Positions 52,905-64,000 of a DNA stretch of 64,000 bases are shown here, piece by piece. Position 1 is the first letter of the stretch, and the number at the start of each line of letters is the position of its first letter. Below the pieces are notes generated by a model, which did no database searches, had not been told where the DNA came from, and saw only the letters and a list, made by a program, of their open reading frames with translations. Source of the DNA: Epiperipatus broadwayi (lineage: Eukaryota > Animalia > Onychophora); the NCBI GenBank assembly GCA_028023455.1, contig JAQFVV010000006.1:14384001-14448000 (forward strand), in the 5' to 3' direction. The translations under genes and the position numbers were made by a program.

Positions 52905-53104
52905 CTACAAATAAATAACACGAATTGCTTACATTATAGGATTACTGAGTGTATCTTATTTATATAATCAAACAAAATAACACAATTCTTACAGTTTAAT
53001 TTTAACATCAAAATATTTTACAGTAAGCATATAAAAGTAAGGATAATGAACAGGCTAGTAGCTCTAAACAAGCCCCCCCCCTCCCCTCGATAAAAGCCGC
53101 AAGA

Positions 53105-53650
53105 GCAAGCATTTAAAATATTTATCTAGAATAATCCCTATCCCCAAACCGTTTTTGAGCTGATGGCTCTCGTCAGTGAGACGCTAGGACATTAAGAAAC
53201 TAGATCTAAAATACAAATTCAAGCCCAGCATTTATCGAATATTTAAGTATTAAGTAGAAAATCTGAAATTTTCAGACATCTATACATCTTCAAACCAAGC
53301 TATTTAACTTAAATAGCTAAATGGGAATGAACAAAATTCAGATCTATCATATATTAATAGCCTTAGCAATATAACATCGCCAAAACCTTAAAAGGCTATT
53401 AATATATGGTAGATCTGAATTTTGTTCAGTCCCATATTGCTATTTAAGTTAGATAGCTGGATTTGAAGACATATAGATGTCTGAAAATTTCAGATTTTCT
53501 ACTTAATACTTAAGTATTCGATAAATGCTGGGCTTGAGTTTGTATTTTAGATCTAGTGTCTGAATGTCCTAGCGCCCAACTGACGAGAGTCATCAGCTCG
53601 AAACCGGTTTGATGATAGGGATAATTCTAGTTAGAGTTTTTAAATGCTTT
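53105..53650. repeat. Long hairpin (260-bp arms, 27-nt loop) with a family B hammerhead in each arm
   Basis: 53105-53364 is the reverse complement of 53392-53650; hammerheads at 53142-53181 (-, G12 changed to A) and 53575-53614 (+, CTGACGA..GAAACCGGTT). Confidence 0.88.
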
Positions 53651-53849
53651 CTCTGGCGAAAAAAAAAAAGTAAGCATATAAAGTAAATAATAGTGACTTT
53701 TGGTTTGGTATAAAACATCGCAGAAATATAGATGACCAAAGATTTTTAAAAATTATCTATCTTTCATGAATATTTCAAGTATATATTATCTGAAATACTC
53801 GATGAAATAAATTATTCATTTTTAAAATATACACCATGTGAAAACTTAC

Positions 53850-53936
53850 CTTCTTCACTTTCTTCTACAACATCCTCTTCATTTTCATCCTCTCCAAATC
53901 CCAAAACAATAGGAGTCTCTTCTTTGGTAGGTAAAA
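53850..53936 (-). CDS. GPN1: GPN1 penultimate exon
   Basis: (V)LPTKEETPIVLGFGEDENEEDVVEESEE; ttttccag acceptor, gtaagt donor, phases 1 and 1. Confidence 0.85.
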
Positions 53937-54014
53937 CTGGAAAAAAAAAAAAGTTGAGAATTTAAAACTTATTGAATAAGTTAAATACTATTTGCAAGAT
54001 TTATATATAAATAC

Positions 54015-54114
54015 CTGTAGCTCTTAATGGTTCCATAGGTACATTACTTCCTTCTCCAATATCTGACTTTAATCGTTCAATCTGTCGATTTTGTTCTTCT
54101 TGTATTTCTTCTTC
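54015..54114 (-). CDS. GPN1: GPN1 exon (coiled-coil region)
   Basis: EEEIQEEQNRQIERLKSDIGEGSNVPMEPLRAT, resembling the QLERLRKDMG segment of GPN1. Confidence 0.88.
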
Positions 54115-54250
54115 CTGTTAGCATTTAATCAAAAATGAATTTTAAAAAATAATTATAAAATAATATTGACACAATCTCGAGGGAATGTGAGATAAAATAT
54201 TTTCTAAATTAGAAATTTAAATGATAAGTTATAATTAACATTAAAAATAC

Positions 54251-54285
54251 CTTATTTAAAATTTTTCAAGCGTTGCACTAATCTT
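54251..54285 (-). CDS. GPN1: Candidate small GPN1 exon with frame defect
   Basis: aatag acceptor and AAG/gtattt donor; encodes ..QRLK..; 35 nt where 3n+1 is required, with an in-frame TAA. Confidence 0.45.
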
Positions 54286-55626
54286 CTATTTATAAAGTGT
54301 GAAATTTATAATATTAATGAACCAGAAAATTGTAATTAAAAAAAGAAATATAAATAAGATTTAATTGGGTTTTTAAAAATTATTCACTAAAAGATGTAAA
54401 TATTTTTTATTGTTTAATTAAAGTACAATTTTCAAGTGATAAATTTTAATATAGCTAGCTGAAAGCAAAACATTATTTAACGTATTTTTAAAAGTATGAT
54501 TTTTTTAAAATTAGCTTGATATGTAGATCGATTAGTTTAAAAAAAATAAATAAAATATACATTTTCCAAAATATAAAAAAAAAAATTCAAGAAATGTTTA
54601 ACACTACTGAAATTTTTAAAATAATTTATATTTCTAATAACGTATATATTATACAACTGGGAACCTCTGTGATTATAATGGTTTTTAATAAATATATTAT
54701 TACCAGTGCTTAGTTATAGATTTGTGACTTGAAACACTTAACCTCTATGGCTACAATCAGTATGTGGTACCGGTATAAGTTTTCAAATGTCTTAATTTCA
54801 TATAATTTTTGAATAGATATCTATTTCAATACCTTCCCTAGGTATTTTGCAAAAATAAAATTACTTTGAATTTAGCTCATGTAATTGAAGTTTTATACCC
54901 TATTTTTGGATTTAGCGATATCTCATCGTTTCTAGTCTAACAGAAGTAAATTTTCTTCACGCTTTGCAAATGATGTTTTTTTTTTCTATTTTTATAGACA
55001 AATATAATACTTATTGTAATTAATGTTTACAATAATAAAAAACAAATTTATTTCATTATAATAACCAATTGTAAAGCATCAGCTGATTCCAGTTAAAAGC
55101 TATTCTAAACAAAAATAATTTTATTCCTCCATTTTTGGTGATTTTATGGTAATTTTTTTTTGACATAAATGTTTCTTAAGAGCAGTATGGGATACCGGTT
55201 GTAGGATTTACATTATTATACCTCATTGTAGGCATTATGGGTTAATAGAAGCGCAACATACAGATTTCAGAGATGTGTGGTGATGTTTTCAGCAAGAGGT
55301 CAAAAGTAAATGAGAGCAGACATAACTAACATGAATTAAGACATTGAAATGGATTTGCCATTACCTTTTACATAAGTTATTTTATTTGATTAATGAGTTT
55401 TCATTTAATATTTGATTTTTGTGAAATTTGTTTAAAAAATATTAAGAGGTTTTCTGCATTCAGATGTAAGAATAAATTAATATAAAATATTAATACTAAT
55501 AAAAACAAAATGTTAACTTTAAATATAGGGGATTTGAACTCAGACTTTCAAGCAACCTTCAACTATCCACACTATCTCATACTACTGATATACATGACCA
55601 CATACATGTAGAAAAGATAAACAGTC

Positions 55627-55830
55627 ACCAATATACATATTCCATGCTGAACCAGCACTCATCAGTTGGTTCAGATTATCATTTCCACACACACAGAATT
55701 AGTGCTCAGTTTATATTAAGATAGCAAATCTTTATACTTTAATGGGTTTCAATCTACTCCAACTCTTCAGCCATCCATACCGTTGAAAATCTGATGATAG
55801 AAGGTTAACTTTTAAATCCATGCATCTTGA
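55627..55830 (-). repeat. Family C repeat with hammerhead (A13 changed to G)
   Basis: accaa-CTGATGA-gtgctggttcagcat-GGAA-TATGTAT-A-ttggt; extended homology to 4081-4303. Confidence 0.7.
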
Positions 55831-56619
55831 AAGAATTGAGACTATTAGTTCAATGTATAAACAGGCAAAACTCTCCATACAGTTACGTGCTAGCATAAGA
55901 GATGGTGATCATGTGATGTTTAGTAGTTCAATGTAAGTGCTATTCTGAAATAATATTCCAGAAGCTAAAATGGTCACATAGTATATTTAAATTAATGCTG
56001 TAGTATTTTATTCAAGAGTGTAAATAATATTCAGATGGACTAAATGTAGCAGACAAAACTTATAATCCATTCAAAAACTTTATAATTTGAATCATTAACA
56101 TGGAATATTTAATAATGAAGAGGTAATTATAGCATTTAATGAATTTAAAGTATAACTTTTTAAAATTTAATTTATCATCGCACAATATATTCAGAAGAAA
56201 AGATTACCAACTAAATACATAGTTCATTGTGAACTTTTCTCCTTGAGAATCGTAAGCTTAACGTCAGAAATATAGAGATAGAAATATAACATTTATGCTA
56301 CTTGCGCAATATTTCATTCATCATCACTACTATTATTTTTGTCTTATTTGTTTTTATAATATTGTCTTCAGTCCCTTAATAAGCCTCTCGTACCGACTGT
56401 GATAATGGGATCTGTTTATGCAACCATTTTCATTATTAATTACATACATAGCAATACTTACAATATTTGCTTTTTTTATTATTTTATTCTATTTTTAGAT
56501 TATGAGTTACATTGATATTTCATGAAATGTACGATATAAATTAAATATTAGATATGGAAACTTTAGCTGCCCTTTTTTTAATAAAAAAAAAATCCAAAAT
56601 AAAATTTACTACACATTTT

Positions 56620-56786
56620 AATTAAATTGAGAGAATGCAAATTTCTCAAGCTCTTATGACAAAGACAAGTAAAGAAGAGAATGGAACCGCTCTTTTCTTG
56701 TTAAATTCTCTGTCCCAGTGCTTAAGATTTGATTGGCTGTTGGTTGTCATAAGCGCTTGAGAAATTTGCACTCTCTCAATTTAATT
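56620..56786. mobile_element. MITE-like element, TIRs of about 43 bp
   Basis: aattaaattgagagaatgcaaatttctcaagctcttatgacaa versus ttgtcataagcgcttgagaaatttgcactctctcaatttaatt. Confidence 0.7.
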
Positions 56787-56914
56787 TCAATATCGACTGC
56801 GCTTTATAAAATATTATTTACACATTTCAAATAAAATATAAATTTAAAAACCAGTATAACATCACATGATGCTTGCACAAAGGCTGTTCAGAGGTAAATA
56901 CTCCCCCCCCCCTC

Positions 56915-57300
56915 ACATTTATGCTGTCTAGTTAGCATAAGCTTTAATACTCGATAGATGCCAGATGGTACGGCTTAATACTTATCAAATATCCCCAGTC
57001 TATTTTCTAGCTTATGGCGTTCATCAGAGCAAAGCTTTGCGTTCTAATAAGTTTTTCAATTAGGGTTAATAGTTTGATAGTAAAAGAATTAAAAAATGGC
57101 TCCTAGAGGAAAAGCACCATGAATCCAAAAGATCCAGCTGCATTGCTCCAAGATCCAAAGCTCCTCGCTGACGAAAGCCACAAGCTAGAAATTAATTTGA
57201 GGATATTAGATGAAACTGCACTGGATAGAGATTTATTAAACACCACTATCTGACATCTATTGATTATTAAAGCTTATACCTAGATGGCATAAATGTGGAG
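56915..57300. mobile_element. Family A-related inverted pair with two hammerheads
   Basis: Hammerheads at about 56993-57030 (-, U16.1 changed to A) and 57163-57202 (+, CTGACGA..GAAA-TTAA-TT-tgagg). Confidence 0.75.
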
Positions 57301-57433
57301 AGACAAAAAAAATTATATCGCAAGTTTTTCAAATCTTTAAAAATAACTTCATCTACGCTATTTTATCTATAACGAGTTATTTATTTATCTACAGTTGTTG
57401 TTTTTTTTTTTAAATTTGTAACAATCATTAAGG

Positions 57434-57750
57434 AATCACCGCTCTTCACATGCGCTATATAGATTTAAATATTTAAGGAATACTTTCCTTTCCAAACACA
57501 GGACTTTAGTCTTTCGAAAAGATGAATCCATCTTATCTTTTTTACCTAAACGTACACATATAATAATAGGTGATTGAGATTGTCAAGTTCACATTTCTAA
57601 ATATTTAAGATTTGTCTATAGGATATATGTTTAGGTAAAAAAATTAAGTTGGATTCATCTTATCCTTTCAAAAGACTTTATCTTGTGTTTGGAAAGGATG
57701 GTATTTTTGGAAGTGTTTAAATCTATATAGCGCAAGTGTAGAGGGGCGAT
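57434..57750. repeat. Fold-back or MITE-like inverted repeat, arms of about 120 bp
   Basis: gcgctatatagatttaaa..tttccaaacacag..gatgaatcca..ttttacctaaac is mirrored at 57620-57750. Confidence 0.75.
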
Positions 57751-60074
57751 TATTTAATAAGTGTTAATTCAAAATTATCTAAGTAGAAAATATAATAAGA
57801 TGCAAATTATTGTAACAAAAATATTTAAGAAAAATTACCTTTTTCTTTTTTAGTAATTCATATTGTGGCTTATAATCTCTAATGAAAATAAAAATAATAA
57901 CATTATATATTTATAAAAAAGAGATATTAAATAATATATATATATCAACTATAGTATTTTATCTACTAATACAAATCACAACTGTTATGCATAATATAAA
58001 TGAACTTCGGTAATAATGACAAATCTTGAAGACTTGTCAAATCTATAACTGAACTAAGGCGGCGCTAGTGTAGTCATATGTATCACATTTATAGTAAAGA
58101 AAGTAGAAGAGAGAAATTTTGTGATTTTCTGTTCTGTCTTCATAACAAAATTGGAGTACATAAAGACAGGGCAATGGAACTATCAAAACTTTTTTTATTA
58201 AAAAAAGGATGGGGGGGGGGGAAATAAATAAATCAGGTCTAGAGAAATAATTGGCTAATAAAGAGTAAGTAGATAAGTTTACTGCAATATGGAAGGAGAG
58301 GTGGCTTAACTTGATTAAAAGGATTTCTGGGCATATAGTATATACATAGAAATTTCTGACTTTATTTAAAAGATCCATTTTATATCAAATAGATAAAACT
58401 GTCTTTAAATACTGCACTAGAATGGTCTCTTAGAGGCACAATGAAAAAGGCATTACTCATCAGGTATGTCTTATTATCGAGTGGTAAAGATTTGGGAGAT
58501 TTTCCATTCCTGTTAAACTTATTTTTTTAAAATAATATGTAAAATAGTTATAGTGAAATCTATTAAGATAACAGAGCCAATATATGTTTGAAATTTAAGG
58601 GGGAGAGTTTTAAACATTTCTCTGGGAATTTTAATGCTTTAAAGATAATTGTAGATCCTAAGCAGTATTTTACTAATGTGTTTCACTTTCATTTAACATA
58701 TTTAAAATTATTAATGAATGTCTATTTTGCTAATATAGTAAATGTTCTCTGCCTGGAAACAGGTTGTGTAATGAAACCAAAGAATATTACAACTAAGAGA
58801 TAATTGTGATCACCATTAATGGTACTTTGCTTACATCACCCTTTTAATCCATTTTAATATATTGTGAATAGCCTCCACTAGATGGAGCTCCATAAAAACT
58901 TACCAATGAGGCATGGGATCTTCCCAACTTACTCTCAACAATTGCATTAGAAGCAATAATCCATTTTACTTATTCCAAAACCATTTATTATAAATTGGGA
59001 TTTGCTTTGCATGTAGCATTTCTATTCAATGTTCAGTTTTCTCAGGCTGACAACAGATGGCCCTGACATAAATGGCTGTTCTTAACACTATTCTAGCTGT
59101 TTTATTCGAGCTACTCTTAAGCAGAATGAAAGACCTCAGCATAAATTAAATAAACAAGGAATTGATATAAAATGCAAGTATAAATGAATAGCTTGTGAAA
59201 ATCATTTTAATATACATACATAAATATAATATTGTTAAGCATTAACAGTAAAATGACAATTATAAAAATTCAGAAATACTCTTACGTTACTTTCATAATC
59301 ATTACTAAGTAACTGAGGTTATTTCTGAATAATTATAATTGTTATTACTATTTATTGTTAGTATTAATAGTTTTATTTATTATTATTACAATTAGTAAAC
59401 TGTAATGGGTGTTTTTACTTCCATAGAGGCAAAACTCTCCATACACTAGTGACACTCAGTGCAAGACAGAGTAATCAATGGATGCAGGAAACATAAAGAA
59501 TGATGATCATGTGACATTTTTACTCGGCTTTCATATATGTGTGTGTAAATATTATTAAGATCTTATTTACAATGTAATTCTAAATTAAGATGCAGGATTA
59601 CTATAGTTTTAGAATGATAGGTAATATGAACGATATTACCATTTTACTTAATTGCTAAAAGATACTTTGAGAAGGTTCAAACTTGCCAACAAATATAGAA
59701 TTAAAAATGTAATTACTGTAAATATGTTATAAAGTATATTTAGTATAAAAGAGTGATATCAATAGAAAGATTAATAAAAAAAAAAAAGGAAATAGTCATA
59801 CATGTAGAGATCACATTATTTTAGAAGCTATAGTTTAAAAGTAAAGTAAATAGAGAACAAAAAGTTATACGTGATCTTAAGAACCCAAAGAATAATTAAT
59901 CAGGATTTTTCTTCAGAGAATAATGATGATATAGATTTTAAACAGCTATAAGGAAGTGTGAAGTGGTGTCTTGGGGGGGGTTTACATATCTAACACCATA
60001 GATAGCATTTTGTTATACTTTGGATACTTGTACTACTATATACTATTCCATTTAATGCTAAATAGATTTCTAGT

Positions 60075-60480
60075 TACACAGGCTAAACTCTCCATACAGT
60101 AGCGCCACCAGTGCAAGCCGGAGTAATCAATAGATGCAAGAAGGTTTGTGCACAGTGCCTACTCATCCAATATTCCCTAGACTAGTTCCCAGCTTGTGGC
60201 TTTCATCAGTGAGGGGCCTTAGATCTGAGAGCACTGCATCTAGTTTATAGGATCTAATGCAACCCTCCAGAATCTACCTTTTCCTTATTAGCTAACTATA
60301 AAGCTTCGAATCCAAAATGAAAACACAAAAATGTTGCCAATTCAAAATCATTAGCTTGTATAGTTGTATAGGTCTGAACCCAGTTCAGCATCCATACTTT
60401 TTGCTGTCTTTGGTTTTTTAATAACCATTAGTCACCATTAAACATTTGCAAGCATAAGAAATGGTGATCATATGATCTTT
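60075..60480 (-). mobile_element. Family A near-full-length copy with hammerhead (A13 changed to G)
   Basis: Colinear with the reverse complement of 43740-44140; hammerhead at 60175-60214. Confidence 0.85.
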
Positions 60481-62108
60481 AGAGGTGTAGATTTCTAATT
60501 CTTAACTTGATCAAAATAAAGGTTATTGGAGGCCTGAATAATCAATGCTAATTGAAAACCATTGGATTTGCATATACATATCAATCAGCCATCTTTATTT
60601 AATTCATTTATACTACCCATATTTAATGATTTGAGATTCAAACACCCTAAGGTTTTAAACTTAAGGCATTTTGCTTGTGCATATAAATATATACACAATC
60701 TCTCATTAAACCAATTTTTTATCTATCTTAGTTTGAAATAAAGAAAAAGTTATACATAATTTAGCAAAAGCAATAAGATAAAAAAATGATACAAATGTAA
60801 TATAGCTATTGTAAGATGGAATTGTACCACATGTTAATTTTTCAATGGTTGTCCATGATAGAGATAACTGTAGTGTTCACAATCACGTACAAATTGGCTT
60901 GGATTCAAAACTTTATGGTATATGAATTTCACACTGTTAGCAGGGGAATATTAAAGAAGCACTAAAAGTAGATGCAAGACGTGTTTGTAAAACCAGTATT
61001 TCTCAGTCATCAGAAATTAACTGCGCATTTGGTGGGCCCCTATCATTTAATGCATATCACTGACTATTCAAAGCTACAATAGAATGACTCTGGAGTGGAT
61101 TAATAGTGGGATTCTAATGTAAATGTTGAAAGTAAGATGAGAAAATCATATGATACTCTTAATATAGACCGAGTAGGGGCTAGTGGACACATTTTTAACA
61201 AATGCATTAAATTGAATGACTGCAGAATGATAATTCATTCAATTTTCAAAAGGCAAGACCCATTGATGATGACACTGATTCAGAGTATTAGTTCAGGCAA
61301 TTTTGGGGAAATAAGAAGTGTCACCTTCCTATTATATAGTATTTGGCTAACTCAGTGTTCATTCTTCTCTGATTCAAGTTGCACAGATTCTCTAATAGTA
61401 TTTAATAAAAAAAATTAAAGAAAGAGACTATCGGATTGCCTCGTAAACAATGACAAATTGTATATGGGAGCTAATAGACATTAATAAAATTGCAAGAACA
61501 TAATTATAAAGACATTGTTTAATGATTTTGAATAGTTCCTTCATAAACATAGTTTTAAAAGTTATTTTGTAGAATGACCTTTGGTAAATTTTGCTTACAA
61601 GAACTTGTTTGTATTATTGGCATGTTAACATAGTTATAATTGCATGGTTGAATGTTTATTCTGGGTGATTTTAGCTCGTGAGTAATTGTACTAATACTTC
61701 ATTGCTGTATATAATTACAAAATTTTCTTAAAAGTTCCAATGTAACTAATAAGTTAAAATAAACGTTTTTGTTTTTTTTTATTAAAAAAAAGTTACGTAA
61801 CTGTTATAAAAAAACTTCATATTTAAAAATAATTAATCAGAATTTTATTCTTTTTTATGTAGATGTTTTGTTAATTTAATATTAAGGATTGGGCTTAGTA
61901 CAATTGAAGAAATCATTGGTTTTCCAAAAAGAAAATCATTTTGCTTTTCTATACTTAAATGATAGAGCTCTCTCCTTTATAATTGTTGATTTGCCCTTAA
62001 TATAAGCTTAGAATTTTAAAACCATAAACTATTTCAAGTTAGATTAATACTATTTCCTTTTTAAAAAAAAAAATGAACATACATTTTGTTAAAATGATAA
62101 ATAAATAC

Positions 62109-62191
62109 CTTTCATATTCTTCAGCTCCTTCATCAACAGCCGCAAAAAATTCATCCAAGCCGTCTCCGGTGATGGCAGAAACACCCACAGT
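62109..62191 (-). CDS. GPN1: GPN1 exon
   Basis: TVGVSAITGDGLDEFFAAVDEGAEEYE(R), including the G5-type VSA motif. Confidence 0.96.
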
Positions 62192-62272
62192 CTACAAAGC
62201 ATGAAGCCAGAGTTATATCATTTGTAATTTATTTAAAACATTTTAAATAAAGGATTAAATAAAAAAAAAAAC

Positions 62273-62419
62273 CTTAAGAGTACTGTAGAATTCATCCAAG
62301 ACTAAACTGAGCGAACTGGTCAAATTGGACATGTATGAGGTTTCCTGGCGTAAAACTTCTTGAAAAGCTTCAAAATCCGTCATCCATTCCAAAGCAAAAC
62401 CATGGTTCACAATGTCAAT
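62273..62419 (-). CDS. GPN1: GPN1 exon (most 5' exon in the window)
   Basis: [49 protein letters not shown], highly similar to GPN1/XAB1/Npa3. Upstream exons lie beyond the window. Confidence 0.97.
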
Positions 62420-63229
62420 CTAGTCAAACATTTGAAAATCTTATAATATTATCAAAATGTATAAATACAAAATAAAAAGTCTTAAACAGTCCATTACAAT
62501 ATAAAGGGCTTTCCCAGAAATGGCGAAGAAATTTGGGCCTTAATACAGATCTTAAAAATCATGACCCTACGTGATTGTTCTCACTTCATCTTTTCACTAG
62601 CTAATTACAAATATAAAAAAATTCAATGGTTTGTTATTCGAGAGATCACGTGGCATTTAAGCACTAGAAGTGATTAGAATTTGTGTTGCGATCTAGGATC
62701 TTTTTTCTTGTGTAGCCTTTTGCTCAGTCATTATACTATGGGGCTTTATAAATTTAATATTAAAAATAAACTAATATAAAATATTTGTATTCCTAGAATT
62801 AATAATACTGCAAATCTGAATGCTACATTATAATTCGAAAACTTCTATTATATGAACACAATTACAAAGTTGGTCTTTAATCTTTTATAAGAAAATAAAT
62901 TACAATACAAACACCCTTAAAAATTCAATAAAAAACCCAAGTTCAAAATACACTTAAACATACTGACTTGTCTATTTACTTTTTCTTAAATTAGTAGCCC
63001 TATTCAATTTGCGATTAATGTTGTAATTAATTTTGGTAGTCTTCTCTTAGCATCTTGAAACCGCGAGAGGGCGTAATTTTTATGTAAACAAACACAAATA
63101 TAACATTACTGGGCCTTTTTTTTTTTTTCAACTTTAACATTATCTTTAAAATGGATTAATTATGTTTTTAAATTACATTAGACATTTTAGCGCCTTACGA
63201 CATTTTGCAAACTATTTTTAAATAATTTA

Positions 63230-63535
63230 CGAAACGACATTATTTTGTAAAAAACATTTATTTTTGAAAATACAAGAATTACAATATTTTAAATTACATT
63301 CCACAAGTCAGCACATAGCACTGGAATGTGCATGGGGGGGGGGTTTGCCAGTCTGAAGGATCGGCTAAAAGATGCAGTACTCAATTTACGAAACAACATT
63401 ATTTTCTAAAATACAATAATTACATTTTAAAATTATATTAGACATGTCAGTGCATTGTGCTGGAATGTGCAGGGGGGGGATGACGATGGTTTTGCTGGTC
63501 CGAAGGATCGGCCAAAAGATGCAGTACTCTGAATC
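63230..63535. repeat. Two diverged direct repeats of about 155 bp
   Basis: ctggaatgtgca-poly(G)-..gaaggatcgg.c.aaaagatgcagtactc occurs twice. Confidence 0.7.
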
Positions 63536-64000
63536 AAACCAAGATTATGATTTGCAAAACAACGTGCAATCTCAAACATTTTATTTGTCTCGTATCTGTT
63601 CTTAATCTGACCAAAAGGATGCAGTATGATCAAACCAAGCTTACGACTTCCAAAACAACATGCAACCTCTGCCATTTCATTTGACTCGTAGCTGTTCTCA
63701 CGCAAACGTGTCTTTTCACGTGAATTGTGTGAAATGATGCTTGGCATGACCTTTTGCAATTGGTTTTCGCATTCCGTGATGTGTGGGGATGGGCTTTCAA
63801 TTATTACTATGTAATGTTATGTCAGTTTGGGTGTAAGATCAACTATTACGAAAACATATTATAACAGTTCTGGCCAGTTGAATTCCAAACACCCTCACGA
63901 TATATGGTAGCGATCTGTTAAGTGTGTGCATTTGCATAGTGTCGCGAAGCAAATCAGCGGGCTGTAATATTGGTGTGCAATGCCAACTAAGCCTGCAACG

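Noticed and set aside
58455-58465. CTGATGA on the - strand (also at 3663 and 17727)
   Set aside because: No downstream GAAA or helices; chance heptamer.
59262-59330. Alternative candidate for the missing GPN1 exon
   Set aside because: Wrong length and phase, and no similarity to the EYRPEYERLK segment.

Overview
AT-rich, intron-rich eukaryotic (probably arthropod/invertebrate; inferred) genomic DNA; no prokaryotic features or CRISPR. It holds a complete 8-exon GPN3 gene (+, CDS 13249-42087, 281 aa, one GC-AG intron) and the 3' half of its paralogue and partner GPN1 (-, exons 62419 down to stop at 52819), arranged tail-to-tail. A probable unidentified hydrophobic-protein gene (-) starts 376 bp upstream of GPN3, head-to-head. 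Introns and intergenic DNA contain a near-intact RTE LINE, a deleted Merlin transposon, mariner and pogo-like remnants, a zinc-knuckle LINE split by a 2.5-kb TG..CA insertion, and a Penelope-like fragment. The most striking signal is about 15 minimal type I hammerhead ribozyme motifs in three sequence families, often in fold-back pairs. One family has a ~437-nt unit that looks like a non-autonomous retrozyme-like element. The first ~2 kb looks like low-quality consensus. All analyses were done by eye; no database search was possible.
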